Of a DNA stretch of 64,000 nt, positions 37,460-51,260 are shown one piece after another. Numbering within the stretch: the first letter of the stretch is position 1; every line of letters starts with the position of its first letter. This stretch comes from Okamejei kenojei (Eukaryota). The translations under genes and the position numbers were made by a program. A model generated the notes under the pieces. That model ran no database searches and had not been told where the DNA came from. It saw only the letters and a list, made by a program, of their open reading frames with translations. Where the stretch lies: positions 30,256,001 to 30,320,000 of the forward strand of contig CM069155.1 of assembly GCA_035221665.1 (NCBI GenBank), read 5' to 3'.

Positions 37460-38753
37460 CAGTGACGTGCGGTGAGGTCAATGGCTGGGGAGGCACTGGC
37501 TAGTATTAGTGGCCCGGCCCTCCCTGTATTGATCACCGTGTCTCCCCGAGGAGAGAGAGGGGTGGAGCCGTGGCTGGGAGGGAGGGATAGAGAGGAGAAG
37601 GGGGAGAGAGCGAGAGAGAAGGGGGGGAGAGAGAGATGGAGGAGGGAGAGTGAGAGAGAAGGGCGAGGGAGAGAGAGAAAGAGAGGGAGAATGGTGAGAG
37701 AGAGAGGAACGATGGCACGTTATAACCCGCAGACGTCTCATTCTGACCACCACCGAACCCCCCACCGCTCCATTGCACCCTTCCTCACTGCGGCCATGTG
37801 ATGTCTTGGCTCTGACAATTCGAGGGATCTAACCGGTAACAACACTAAGAGCAGCCCCGGGCTGCCACGCTCCCCGACTCGAATCTGAGCTTGAAAAATC
37901 AGGTGGTGGGCCTGATGTGTCCCGCGGGCCATATTTTGGAGACTCCTGCCTTACATGAATTAAACAGAAATGTACAGAAGTACAAAAATTGATGACTATT
38001 ATTGTGATAAGTATAGATCTATTAAAAAAAACTAAAAACTTTCTAATGTACCGACAAAGTCTACCTTCCCAAGTGGCGTACCTTGCTCCGCTCCATGATC
38101 TTTGGTCTGTGCCGCCGCTGCTGAAGCTAGCTAACGTGGAGGGAGAGTGAGGCAGCGTCACTTACGTGAGCTGAGCCTACGTAATTGACACTCACTCTTC
38201 CTCCACTCAAGACACGCCCCCTTGTGAGGCAGATGTGATCCCTGCCTCCCCTGGAGCTTTTTCAATGCAGTTTTATGTGAGACCAGCGAGCACAAATTTA
38301 ATATCTTTATATGTGAAATACGTTACCTGGACTATGGAAGGTAAGGACATGTAATGAAGGGGTTTGCACACATGACTTTGGTGACATACATAGGGATAGT
38401 AACAGGCACATGCTTATTGTGCGCGCTCCATGCAGTTTCTAAGGGGTTGCGCAATCAGAGGGGAGGCTCAGCTCGTCGCTGCCACACCTCTCATCTCTTC
38501 ATGTATTTAGAAAATAGAAAATAGGTGCAGTAGGAGGCCATTCGGCCCTTCGAGCTGCGCAGATTTTGCGAATATTACTATAAAAATGATTAGATTCATA
38601 TAGAAATGACATTTATAACAGATCAGTGGAAAAATCTTTATATTTATTTTATTTTATTATTATTTTTTCTTTACTTTTCTTAACAGCTATTTTCATTGGG
38701 AGTATGACAGGTGAGGCTCTGCATCCCCTGCCGCCCTAGACTGCACGTCCCTG
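37460..38753. mobile_element. Non-autonomous hAT DNA transposon
   Basis: Perfect 8-bp TSD ggtatgag (37452-37459, 38754-38761); 14-bp TIRs CAGTGACGTGCGGT / CAGGGACGTGCAGT; no transposase ORF. Confidence 0.9.
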
Positions 38754-38974
38754 GGTATGAGGTATTACACAGCAGCAGAACTTTAGATTACATTATACAG
38801 GGGGAGGGTAGATGACAGTTGGGGAGGGTTAGAATGAGAAGTTTGGTCAGAAGAGCGTAGGATTAATCAGGAATAGTTAACAAAAGAATGGAGGAGAGCT
38901 GGCGTAAAGAGCTGAGGCAATAATGGAATCAGTTGAAGCTAAGAGTTGAACATTAAGATAATCTCAGTAACAGC

Positions 38975-39452
38975 TCACCTTGTGTGCAGTTCTGGTCGTC
39001 CCATTATAGGAAGGATTTATAGGCTTTTGAGAGGGTGAAGAAAAGGTGTAGCAGAATGCTGCCTGGATTAGATGGTATTAAATGTAAGAAGGTTGGTCAA
39101 ACTTGGATTTTCTTTTTCTCTGGAATGTTGGAGATTGAGGGGAACTGATAGGGTTTTATAAAATTATGAGAGGCATAGATAGGGAAAACACTCAACTTTT
39201 TTTCGCCAGGGTGGAAAGGGGGCATACTTTAAGGTGAAAGGGGCAAAGATGAAAGGAGATTTGCAGGGCAATTTTTTTTACGCAGGGAGTGTTTGTGAGG
39301 AAGATAAAATAGGAACATTTAAGATGTTGTTCGATAGGTACATAGATATGCAGTGAATGGAGGCATACGGATCGTGTGCCAGCAGACAAGTTTATCTTGG
39401 CATCATGTTCAGCATTGATATGTGAAATGAAGGGCTAGTTCCCGTGCTCTAC
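38975..39452 (+). mobile_element. Degraded CR1-clade LINE 3' fragment
   Basis: tgtgtgcagttctggtcgtcccattataggaaggat (VQFWSPHYRKD-like) through to the 3'UTR. Confidence 0.8.
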
Positions 39453-39457
39453 TTATC

Positions 39458-39616
39458 TGTGTAGGAAGGAACTGCAGATGCTGGTTTAAATCAAATATAG
39501 ACAAAATACTGGAGTAAATCAGTGGGACTGGCCGCATCTCTGGAGAGAAGGAATGCCATTCCTTCTCCAGAGATGCTGACTGTCCTGCTGAGTTACTCCA
39601 GCATTTTGTGTCTATG
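39458..39616. mobile_element. Collapsed palindromic Penelope pLTR pair lacking the hammerhead core
   Basis: ..catctctggagagaaggaatg / cattccttctccagagatg..; arms are inverted copies of each other. Confidence 0.85.
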
Positions 39617-40509
39617 CACTTATTTCTGTTACAAGTTGGAACAGTTTTAAACCATATACAATATGTATATATCAAGGATATCTGCAAATTAATATCTTTC
39701 TATCGAATCAAAGGATATCAGCAGAAAATGTTCAAAGGCTTCTCCTACTGCCTCCGGGTTGCCATGCTGTCACTTACTGATCTTCCAGATTCTTGCAGTA
39801 ACAGCAAAATTAATTGACTCTTTCTGAACCACAGCTCTTGGACTATAAGCCCCTTTATAATAGCTACTTGTTTACTCTCAAACCAAGAGGATGCAATTTG
39901 CTGCACAGGTATAAAATGGGTGTTCTCATTCTTTTAGAGATTGTCAGAGTTGCAGTTCTATTGATAAAGAACTCGTGACTGGCACATTGCAAAAGTCTTA
40001 TAAATTTCATTTAAATCCCAGTACCCCAGCTTCACTGTAAAATGACTAACTTTTCTGAGGTGAAATCAAAAAAGTGAGAGACAATTTACAAAAGGAAAGA
40101 ATAATACATTGACGCATGTTGTATAGCAGATGGTAGTCCGGAACTGGAGTAATATACAGACTGCAGAAAAATGTTAATGTTTCTCCAGAGACAGGGTGGG
40201 AAGAAGCAGTTCTCATCCACTCCAGCCAGAATAACCAATTGTTGTCTTCTTGTCTCTTAGTTCTTTCCCAGTCATCTTCCTATATCAATATTGTATCTTA
40301 AAATAAGGAGTCATTGACTAGTCCCAGAAAGGCAGAGATTAGCCAATGAAACTGTGAAAGGTAGAGGGTAGCCATTGAAACCTTGCAATTTGCATTTTAC
40401 ACAATTCATTTATATAATTATCATTTACAAGCACTCCACTTTACTTTGATATTCTCCAGACCTGTGCCTAGAGCCAATGCCAAAAAAAAACATTATTTTA
40501 AAAGGACTT

Positions 40510-40985
40510 TAGAAACAGAAGTAGGAAAAAGCCATTCGGCACTTTCTACCATCCTCCATACTAAAAACATTCAAAAAAGGCCGATCTACCTCAGCCCTGT
40601 TTTCTTGCACTAGCTCCATATCTCTTGATCCCTGCAGCATGTTAAAAATCTGTCAATGCTATCTTGAATATATTCAGTCCATGAGCTTTCAGTCGGGCAA
40701 AGAATTCCAAAGATTTACTACCATTTTGGTGAAGAAACTTATTCTCAGCTGATTGGCAAAGCCTTTCTTTTCATGACACCGATACCAGGAAAAGGTCCCT
40801 GCATTTATCCATTCAAGCTCGATTTGCAATTTGAGATCATCTCTCATTCTTCAAAAATCAGAGACTCTCCTCTTGGGTCACATCTACCATCCCAGGAATC
40901 AATCTGGTGAACATTTGCTCTTTGCAAGTATATCTTTCCTTTGGTAGGCAGGCCAAATCTGTATACAATATTCCATACACCATAT
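40510..40985 (-). mobile_element. Old CR1-clade LINE fragment
   Basis: agaaacagaagtaggaaaaagccattcggc.., agaattccaaagatttactacc.., tcccaggaatcaatctggtgaac. Confidence 0.6.
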
Positions 40986-42369
40986 AATTATCCTACAATA
41001 GCTGCACCTGTACTTGCAGATTATCACACTGTGGTAGGAAACACCGATATACCAGCATCCTTTGGATTTTGGCAATGGCAGATTTTTCGGATTATTGGAT
41101 TCTACTTTCTATTATTGCCCAAACAATTTAAAAAAATAGATTACGCAGTAGAATAATAACATTTCCAGTGAACCCTGAGTTTAATGGGAGTGGAAAATAT
41201 GCAAGTACTCTAAACCCTGCTCCAATCACAAAGCAACACATGTCCCTGGTATACCAGACCTCCACCTGAGTGCCAGCCACACTCTGGACCCCTGGAATGC
41301 ACATTGCACTCCTCACTTGCACTCCAGATCTATGGCTCACAAGGCAGACCGATTAATTAGATGCCAAACCATCAGGCATTATGAGGAATGAGATGCCGGG
41401 TTAACATTTTTACTACAATTGGTTGGCAGAACATCTTGAGAGATTTGCTTTCTCTGCAGATTGATTTGGAAATACTTCACCAAGTTCATAGAATACTTGA
41501 TGTGAGGTTTCGAAAATAAAACAATACTGTAGCCACACTTCTGAGGCATGTTTTCTGATTAGTAAATAAACTCATCTTTTAAACTGACTTAAGCATTGAA
41601 ACTTTGTTTCCCATTCAACTAATGATACTTGTCCCCAGTAAATCATTCTTACAAATAAACAAGCATTCCACCAATTATATTTCATTGACGGTATCTCATT
41701 ACTCCTAATGCACCCAACCCCCCTGTTACTAACCATCGCAAATGCTGTATGTAGAGCAAATAATCTTGTATTTAATATACCCTTGTTATCATCACCAAAA
41801 AGGTTTTTCTCTGTACTCACAGATCTGAGAACAGCAACATAGATCATTACAAGATTCCCACTCCACATTCTATGCTTTAAAAATAAGATGTCTTGATATC
41901 ATCTTGGTTAAGCAGTATATATTTCCTCAGAGTTCCTCATCGTTAGTGGATGAATCAGAAGAGTCTGTCTTCCGTTCTTAGTTAATCACATTTGTGAATA
42001 GTTATTCCCTTGCATTGAAGCCAGGAAGCGGACCAGTTGCCAAAGAGCACAGCATTGTACCCAAAGGGTGCAGGAACCCAGTACAGCAGTGGCTCAAGAG
42101 GTGGAGCAGTTGAATAGGAAGTTCAGCAGAGGGCTTGAGACATTTAAAAAACAATATTTCATTTAATTTCAGTGCCCCGTGATTCAGGTAGCAGGGATCC
42201 CTGAAGCTGGATTGTATTAATGCTGAATAGATTAGAATAGGTAAGTGGATACAATTTGAGAGATTGACATGGGGGACTCACAGACGTTTAATTGGCTGGA
42301 ATGGTAGCTTAACAAGTAAGAATGCAAATCCAAGGCAAGTACAATCTATACAGGACAAAAACTCATTTA

Positions 42370-42615
42370 GCTTGAAGTTGAGAGGGGTAAAGTTTAAAGA
42401 AAATTACGGAACAAGTATTTTGCACTGGTGGGTGCTTGGAACGCATTGGCAGAAGTGGTGGTGGCGGCAGATGCGATGGTGGCTTTTTTGATAGGGAGAT
42501 GGATATGCAGGTAATGGAGGGATATGGATCATGTACAGGCAGGTGAGATTTGTTTATCTTGGCGTCTGTTTGCACAGACATTGTGCGCTGAAGGGACTGT
42601 TCCTGTGCTGTATTT
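42370..42615 (+). mobile_element. CR1-clade LINE 3' end fragment
   Basis: gagaggggtaaagtttaaag..gctgaagggactgttcctgtgctgtat. Confidence 0.7.
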
Positions 42616-42869
42616 TTCCATGTTCTATTTATCAAGATTCTTAGTTTGTGAATTGCACCAAAGCCTTCCTGAAACAAGTGATCACAATTGGTTCATAAGG
42701 ATTAGTCCAAGTTGGTAGCAATTATTTGGAGGTAATATATACCTTGAAGTCAACTTATACATGTAGAATTTTAAGAAATGGAGTGTAGGTTTTGCTTATC
42801 AAGAAATTTGCATATATCCTCAGGTTGGAGTTTAAATAAAAAACAGAATCAGGCATAAATCTCCATTAA

Positions 42870-43145
42870 AGATAGACAAAAAGTGCTGGAGTAACTCAGT
42901 GCGTCAGACAGCAAGTCTGGTGAACATGGATAGGTGAAGTTTTGGATTGGGACACTTCTTCTGACAGTTGTAGTAGGGGGAGTGGGGGAAAAACAAGGTT
43001 TCATTTTCCCCTGCTCCCCCCGTCTGAAGAAGAGTCCCGACCCGAAATGTCACCTATCCATTTTCTCCCGAAATGCTGCCTGGCCCACTCAGTTACTCCA
43101 GCATTTTGTGTCTATCTTTGGTATAAACCAACATCTGCAGGTCCT
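42870..43145. mobile_element. Inverted pair of Penelope pLTR repeats with a short spacer
   Basis: Minus copy about 42870-42965, plus copy about 43020-43145 with ctgaagaagagtcccgacccgaaatgtc. Confidence 0.8.
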
Positions 43146-44684
43146 TTTTATTACATTACAAATTTCGATTATACTGATTTGTATTTCAGTATAATGGTTG
43201 TTTCATCATAATCGTGGTGTTGTGATAGTTGTGAAGAGGAATTTTGAATGTAGTTCATTAACATGTAGAATCTGCCTAAGTATTGGACTATGGCTAAATC
43301 AATCGATTTTTTGGATCCAAGAGGGTCTCGAGGAAAGGGAGTAATACAGGAAAGTGGAGCTGAGGTAGAAGATTGGATGTGATCTTATTGAATGGTGGGG
43401 CAAATGTGAGGCTGCAAATGGCCGACTGATGTTTCTGTTTCTTATGAATCTTTTATACTGTGTATCAAGAGAAGCAACTTTTGAATTTAGTGGTAAGCAG
43501 CTGTTCCAGCTCACTGGATGAAGATTGAATTTACTGCTTGCAGAAAGGAAGGTGGAGACTTACACCATATAATATGGATTATGCTGCCCTTATCCTTCTA
43601 AATCTGACAGCATTCTGTACAACAGAACCCATTGTCCACGTTAATCCAGGTTAAACATGTTGTCCACCTCCATCCAGTGTAATGTGGCCAACTTTTGCAC
43701 CACTCTGTGCAACACAGGGGCATATCTTAACATAGCTACCTAAAATTGACAATGACAGAAAAAGGTTTGTATAATTGTGTGACAAGAATACTGGCCATAA
43801 AAAGGACAAAATTACAGTTGATATTTAAATTACTTTTTAATGAGGAAGGGGAAATGATCAATAAGAAATGAACAATAAAATATTCAGGAGGTCATGAAAC
43901 TCAGTTTCATTCCATGGAAAATGCAATGTGCTTCAGAGACACTGAGGCTGGATTGTGTGAAATGGGTGACTGTTGTGGAGGTAAAATGTCTTTACTAAAT
44001 AAAAAGCACCACAGGCATGCATTTGATTCCTGTTTTGTGACGAGCTGAACTTAAAAGCTGCTTGAAAACATTAAGGAATGTGAGATTATTGTTTGACTTG
44101 GCATGTTGCCTTGGTACTAATATAGCTGGGTTTCAGAACCCAGTCCAGGAAATGTGCTTGCTTCAAATGCAGACATACAAGAAAAAAATACTTGTTCTCA
44201 CTAAGACAGAGTTTGAAATTCATTCCTATCCTCCTAACAAAATGAGCACAGCCTATCTAGCCACATGACTTTATGTACTGCCTTACTTCCATCTTTTAAA
44301 CTGTCCTGGCCATTAAACTAAACCCATGTTTTGCTCTTCAAATAAACTTGGCCTTACCTGAAGAAGACCAGCAGTATTTTCCTCAGTGTCTTGGCCAATA
44401 TTTATTCCCTTAACCGACACGTAAAAATATATCTGAGTTTCAGACCTTGTAATGTATAAGTTGGCTGCCATATTGCCTACATTTCCACAATGACTCTATT
44501 CAGAAGTATCTCAATGCCCGAAAGTGCCTTGAGAAGTCATTAAATAAGCTACAGAAATGCAAGTCAGTCTTTTTTTCGGGAACCAATTAGATTTAGAACA
44601 TCCTAATTGTCCTTATTCCAATAAATCAAGAGAAGATCTCAGGAGTAATAAGAAAAATATTAATTTTAAATTAAAGGAGAATTC

Positions 44685-44995
44685 AGGGTTCAGATGGTGG
44701 TATTCCAGAGTAAGGCATGCAGAATAGATTTCAGAGATTATCCAGTGTTGAGGGAATGCATTGCTTTAAACTGGGGCCCCGTCTATTTCCTCAGTTGGAC
44801 ATGAAGATTCACATGGCCCTATTTTGAAGAGGAGTGAGGGTATTCACTCCAGTGTCCTGGCCAATATTAGTTCCAAACATTATTAGCAAATTATCGCCAC
44901 ATTATCTTATACTGTCTATGAGAGCATTTAAATTAGCTGTTCTATTTCCAAATTCACAACAATGGGAACATTTCAAAGTGTTTCATTGTTGGAAG
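44685..44995 (+). mobile_element. Deu-domain SINE (SacSINE1/AmnSINE1-like); a second fragment lies at about 44360-44560
   Basis: ttaaactggggccccgtc..catggccctattttgaagaggag..cagtgtcctggccaatatt resembles the Deu domain as I recall it. Confidence 0.6.
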
Positions 44996-45563
44996 TGGGG
45001 GGGGGGGGGGTAGTAATTTGTAAACACTCATTCAATATTAAGCAGTTGGGAAATTTTGAACCTCATCTTCATTCCATGGCTGTACGTTTTGTAAAAGGCT
45101 TTGTCACATGGGGATTGTGAAAGGCAAATGTTTCTTTTGAATCTAATTTACATCAAGAGTGACAAATAAGTAGTGTGTTAAGTTAAATGCTTTGAAAAAA
45201 ATAAACAGCATGAGTGAAACTTTCTTCAACAAAAAAAGTATTTTACAAGCTAGAAAACACAGAGCAGAAGATAATTTGAATTAGCAAAAATGTGTTTTGT
45301 AAAAATGTCTGTGTTGGCCAACACAGAAAACAAAATATCATAAAAGATAGGCAGAATTTTTTTTTTTTTAATGTTTGAACTGCTCCGTCATTTAAAATTA
45401 TGCCTGATCTTCACCTTTAACTAGTTTCCCACACTCTTTGTATAATTTGATTCTCATAACATGCAAAGGGCTACATGTCTTGTATCTTCAGTCAATCCCA
45501 TATAATAAAGAATTCCAAAGATTCGCAACACTTTGAAAGGAGAGGTGCCACAATACTGTAGAT

Positions 45564-45960
45564 CAGGGGTTCCCAACCTTTTTTGTGCCGTTTACCCCTG
45601 CCAACTTTAATAGCACATAACAATGTTATTTCACTTATTTAAGAACAACTAATTATGAACAGGTACCGGTTTACCAGAACCAAACACATTCAGTCAATGA
45701 GAAAAAATATGTACAAGTCCAGAATCAACAAATGGGTTCCCTTTGAATACTGGCCAATCTCTTGGCATTGAGCAACTATTCTGCTTTTCTGTTAAGTTCG
45801 TCAAAGGACCTTTTTCCAGCCACTATTCAATCCGCCATCTTCTGCTGAGTCATTCAGCTTGTCCATATCCCTCTAAACCTGTTTTTACTTCCTCCTCCGT
45901 ACTCACAGACAACCGCGCCTTCTATTGTTCGCAAACACGGCATTGATTTGAGTAACCTGA
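45564..45960 (+). mobile_element. Left end of a hAT (Charlie-like) element, truncated
   Basis: Starts CAGGGGTTCCCAACCTTTTT; no matching right TIR seen; right boundary is a guess. Confidence 0.5.
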
Positions 45961-46289
45961 CAATATTTTTAAAATAAAAATTAGAAGCAAAACAATACTA
46001 GAGTATAATAAATTACAGAATTCAATCAGAAAATGTTGCATATGCACAGAATCGGCTGAGGAGGCCCAATGGTCTTGCAATTTTACCACCATGGATTTTA
46101 AAGTAAGAGGAATTTTTTAATATTTTATCCACCATCTTGTTGAAATAGTCTTTCTATATTGGACACTTGAAAATGCAATTGTAGTATTTAAGAAAAGTGA
46201 ACAGAACTATAGATCTAGCAGTAGAACAGTAGTGGCATACCAAAAATCATCAGTCAGGGTCATGAAATGTTACATTTTATAACCCCAAA

Positions 46290-46865
46290 TATAGAAATAT
46301 AGGGAAGGATGTTTGGCTACAACTGGACAAAGCTCTGTCTAGATCACATCTGGAATAGTGCATGCGAATCTCGCCTTAGAATGCGGATAGTGAACCAGAG
46401 AGGAATATATTGCAGATTTACATCAGCAAAACTTCATCAGAGTTGGATTAGAATAAAAGAAAAATGTATATCAATGATTCTTGCATTCCCTAGAATATAT
46501 ATTTGACTGAGTGGTATCGGTTTTTTTTAAGAAACCAACAGAGTATCTTGAAATACTTTTCCACTGAAGAGGAACCTAGAACAAACAAAGATAACCTTAA
46601 AACCTGATTCACACCATTTAGCAAAAATAAAACACCAGGAGACACTTTTTCACACAATGGGTTACAGATGTGTGGAACTCTCCCACAAAAATACAGGTAT
46701 TGCCAACTCAATTAATTTTAAATCTATGTCACAAATTTGCCAACTCAGGCTATAATGAGAGTTGGGATCTAGTAGGTGGATTGAGTTTGGATACAAATCA
46801 GTTGTGATCTCAGTAAATGGTTTAAGAGGTTCAAGGATCTGAAGGGCCCATCTTTGTTCCTATGT
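46290..46865 (+). mobile_element. Old CR1-clade LINE fragment
   Basis: Remnants of YKALxRxHLE and RTxxxNLK motifs plus a CR1-like 3'UTR. Confidence 0.55.
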
Positions 46866-48107
46866 TTAATTGCACAATAAATATGTTAATGAACTATAAC
46901 CTACACCCCTATTCACTGCCTGAATACATTCACTGGCATCCTATATCCTGCATTAGGAAGAAAACAGTTGCTGGGAATGACCGGTGTGAAAAGGGTTGAA
47001 ATAGCCAGTGAGAAATAGCGCTCTGTCCTTTTCTGAACCATTTATGATAAATGGAATGGGAGAAACTAGGTTGCAGACCTGTAGAATTGAGCCAATGAAG
47101 AATTAACCTGTGGAGCAATGAACATACGATTTCAGTTACAAATAGCAAACTTTGAAGAGACTGAAGAGATTGGGAGTGGCAATCAGTGGATGCAAAATTC
47201 TCATTACATCATGAGAATCAGTAGCATGTGCAGAATATTGGGAATGGATCATAAATAAAATTGAACTGAAGATAAAGTATAAAGGACCCTACAGGGAAGT
47301 ATTACTGCTGGATCAAGCACAAGTAAACAGTACATAACAAAGTAAGGCAAAGGAGCATCTAACAATCATCACCAAAAAGGACTGAAAAAATAATTGAGAA
47401 TAACAGTCTGGAAAAAGTATGATTTTGAGGGACTGAAAATAGAAGGAAGAAGAAAAAGACAGTAACATAACAAACTAAGAGTAATGGAAATCCTCTAAAA
47501 TAGCAAATAGCAAACCCCCATGAAAACTAATGTGACGACCAGATTATCGGTGTAGGTCTTGGAAAAGGGATGAATTGTGAAGTTAAGATATGACTTGATA
47601 CAGTCGGCAGTGGATCAGAAGCCTAATCCAAGTTACATTTCAACAACTTATGATTGCCACCAAGAAATCAAACATGCAATTTATCCAGAGGCTGAGGGAA
47701 CTCCCTTCGGAAAATATTAATAGATGTAGGAGCTGGATAAACATGTAATGGAGGGGCAATAAAAAGGTACACTGATAGATGAGGAATGTCAGAAAGTGAT
47801 ATTAGTACTGTAAAATATCAGCATGCATCTCTGGACAAAGTGGTCCGTCTCTGTACTATATATACCTATATCTAGCGTGTAATTCTACACAAATGAAAGC
47901 TAACAATGGCAGTGTTTTGAATTAAGATCGAAAAGCAAATTAAGACCTAAAGGCAGTGACTAGTTCCAGGTTTGTGTTCAGAACATCTGTTGGCTATAAT
48001 GCTGAAAGTGACCTTAGTGAAGCTAATGAGAAATAGATTTTCTAGTTGTATAGTGTACATGATATTGTGCAGAGGTTAGAATTAAAAAAGCACCAGATGT
48101 AGCTGCA

Positions 48108-48200
48108 TATGAAGAAGGGTCCTGACCCAGAACGTCGCCTATCATGTCTTCCAGAGATGCTGCCTGACCCGTTGAGTTATTCCAGCACTTAGTGTTTTTT
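48108..48200 (+). mobile_element. Penelope pLTR-derived fragment
   Basis: tgaagaagggtcctgacccagaacgtc..ccagagatgctgcctgacccgttgagttattccagca. Confidence 0.75.
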
Positions 48201-48759
48201 TAGGCAAGTAGCAGCTGGGTGGTGAAAGATAAATGATACTGAGTAATGTATTCTGGAATGCAAAACAGTGATTAGTATCTGATCTTTCAATTGGGAAAAG
48301 ATCCCAACATTTTGAAGAAGAGCAGGATTTTAGCCCGTACTTGAGAGCACCAAAATCACTCATACTGCTATTTGTGGGAGCTTGCTTTACACAAAATGCA
48401 AATTTACAACACTGACTGCGCTTCCACAGGTTTTAATTGGCTGCAATGTGCTTTGGTATGTCCAAAAGAGACCTTAAATATACTCAAGTATATTTATTTT
48501 CATACCACCAAGACTACATTTGGAGTTCTTTATTCAGTTACAGTTACATTATTAAGAAATTAGAAATTACATTATGAAAAAATTAAGAAATTAGATCGAG
48601 TGCCACCTACTGCACACTTCAGTTTGTTCATTCTCACTCTGCCTAGATTCCTCCCATGTCATCCTGTGTCACACTATTAACCTCCTCTATATTTTCTCTG
48701 CTTCATGTGTTTATCCAATTTCTCTCCAGTTGGATATATGCTTTTTGGAGCATAGATGC

Positions 48760-50055
48760 ATCCGGTGAGAAATGTGTGGAGTGTATTCCCACCAAATCGA
48801 TCTGAGTGTTCCCTGTCCAGAAGCATAGGATAAACCAGAAGCTTTGCAATTGACTGAGCACCAGATCTCAGGTATTCAGGTCTGGCAATACAGAGTCATA
48901 TAAGAAGTGAAGGCGAAGAGACGATTTTAGTCTTAATTGGAGGATCAGTCGGACGTTTGGAAGCTGTGGCAGGTCATAGCTCAAGTGACAGTGATGCTTC
49001 ACTCCTGGGCGAGCTCAGAGCTTTCTATGCTTGTTTCAAAAGAGAGGACATTGATGTGCCTTCCTGGGCCCCCACGACCCCTGACAACATTGTGATCTAA
49101 TTCACCGAGGCCAATGTCAGAAGATCCTTCACAAAGGTGAACCCTTGGAAAATATCCGGTCCTGATAGTCCACACTTAAAACCTGCTCAGACCAACTGTC
49201 TGGAGATTTTGCAGATATCTTCAACCATTCACCATTAAGGTCCAGTGTTGTAAAGGTATATTGACAATACTGCCATCTGTGATGGTAAAGTGCTTTGAGA
49301 AGTTGGTTGTGACGCATATCAATACCTGCCTTAACAAGGACTTGGACCCACTACAATTTGCCTATCAGCACAACAGATCAGCAGGGGATGCAATCTCACT
49401 GGCTCTCCACTTGACACTGGGCCACTTGGATAATAAGAATATATACTTCTCCAACAATAGCTCGGCTTTCAACACCTTCATCTCCTCTAAACATCATCAG
49501 ACTCAGAGAACTGGGTCTCTGTTCGACCCTATGCATTTGGATCCTCGATTTCCTCATTGGAGGGCTAAAATCAGTACAAATTGGCAACAGCACTTCCACC
49601 TCAATAAACATCAACAGAGGGGCAACACAAGGTTGTGTGCTCAGTCCCCTGCTCCACTGTCTCTATACGCATGACTGTGAAGCCAGGCATAGCTCCAACA
49701 GCATCTTTATATTCTCAGACAGAATAATAGATAATTAAGAGGCAGAGTACAGGAAGGAGAAGGAAATGTTTTTATAATGGTACCAGACAACAATCTTGCT
49801 CTCAAAATGAGCAAGACCAAGGAGCTACTGGTTATCATCTGTAAGGGAAAGCTAAGGAATCTGAGAACCTGTCTTCATCAACGGGAGAGCGGTGGAGAGT
49901 CAACATCTTCAAGTTCCTGCGCCCAGCACATTGACGTTCACACAATGAAAGCGCATCAACGCCTTTACTTTCCTATGTCATTAGGTATGTCGTCGAATAC
50001 TCTATTGAACTTCTACAGTTGTACAGTAGAGAGCTTGCTGACTGGTTGCATCTCT
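48760..50055 (+). mobile_element. Degraded Rex1/Babar-clade LINE
   Basis: VMVKCFEKLV, DLDPLQFAY, SSAFNT, SKTKELLV, FYSCTVESLLTGCI motifs. Confidence 0.85.
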
Positions 50056-51049
50056 CGCTTTGCTTCCACCTCTCCACGCGGTTGCAGTTTCCGCACACTA
50101 ATTTCTTGTTGTATGTTATACACTTCCTTGTGCTTTGATTCTGCTCATTTCATATCGCTGACCTTAATGCGACGATGAAAGCTAGACGTGACATCACTGG
50201 ATAAGGGAAGTGAATAATCTGGAGACTGTGATAGTTTGTTTTAACAAGTGGGGGAAAAACAAAGATTAAGAACATAAAATAAGGAAGCCATTAACTTATT
50301 TTAAGGTAAAGACCACTTCAGGCTTAACAATTTACTCAAGAGATATAATTCAATTATATTTACGTTCACATAGGTCACATTTTAAAAAAGAAGAGAGTAA
50401 AAATCTAGGCTTATTTCAAATGGCCAATAGTCAAACATAAATTGGCACAGAAAAGAAACCAGTTTGAAATAGGTCTGAGACATTGAGCAAACGCCTCCGG
50501 TTTTCACCGTGTGATCCTCAGCCGGGTGTATGCAGTACGTTGTGGGATGTTCTCCTCACTGTGGCCAATGACAGCTTCCCTTATTTTGAGTGTCTGGTTG
50601 GACATTTCTGGGCTCAGTCGGGAAGCTTTCTCATTTTTGACGTAAGAATGTAAGCTATTTGAATAGACATTCAAGCCTATTTGAATAGAAGAGCAAACAT
50701 GAAATGCATTGCCGTCCCCTTCCTCCCGCTCCCCAGAGCCGGTCGCGCCATTGCTGGTCGACGCTGCGACCAGTGCAGAGGAAATCTGTCGGGCGATGTG
50801 TGGAACCGGCACCTGGCCCGACCGCCCGTCTCGCCCCCGCTTTAGCTCCCGGCCCATCCGTATTTCTTCACGGCCTAATTAATTCCAGTCACAAATCCCA
50901 AGACGTTGAGTGTTGCGCGGATCACCTCGATATTCGCGCAATCTCTGGATCGGTTTGTGGGGTTTCCCCCCCCCTCGTTGTGTATCCCTTTTTAATTCCC
51001 AGACTGAACTCTCGCCTGGTTGGCTCGCCGTGCCCACTCTCCGTCTCCG

Positions 51050-51260
51050 ATTGGACCACCCGTCCCTTGCACCTGATTGCTTCTGCGCCCAGCCATTTGC
51101 GGACCCGCCGATTGGCTGGCAGTTGGGGGCCCGTGTCTACTATTGGCTGAGCGAGGGGCGTATCGTGAGCCAGATTGGGTACCTGCATGCACCGGATTGG
51201 CCCCCCGTCTGATTCCCGGACGTCATTGGTCCGGAGCGTCCCCTTGCTGCGTGCCATTGG
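51050..51260 (+). promoter_or_regulatory. Array of seven inverted CCAAT (NF-Y) boxes
   Basis: ATTGG at 51050, 51111, 51142, 51174, 51196, 51225, 51256. Confidence 0.85.
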
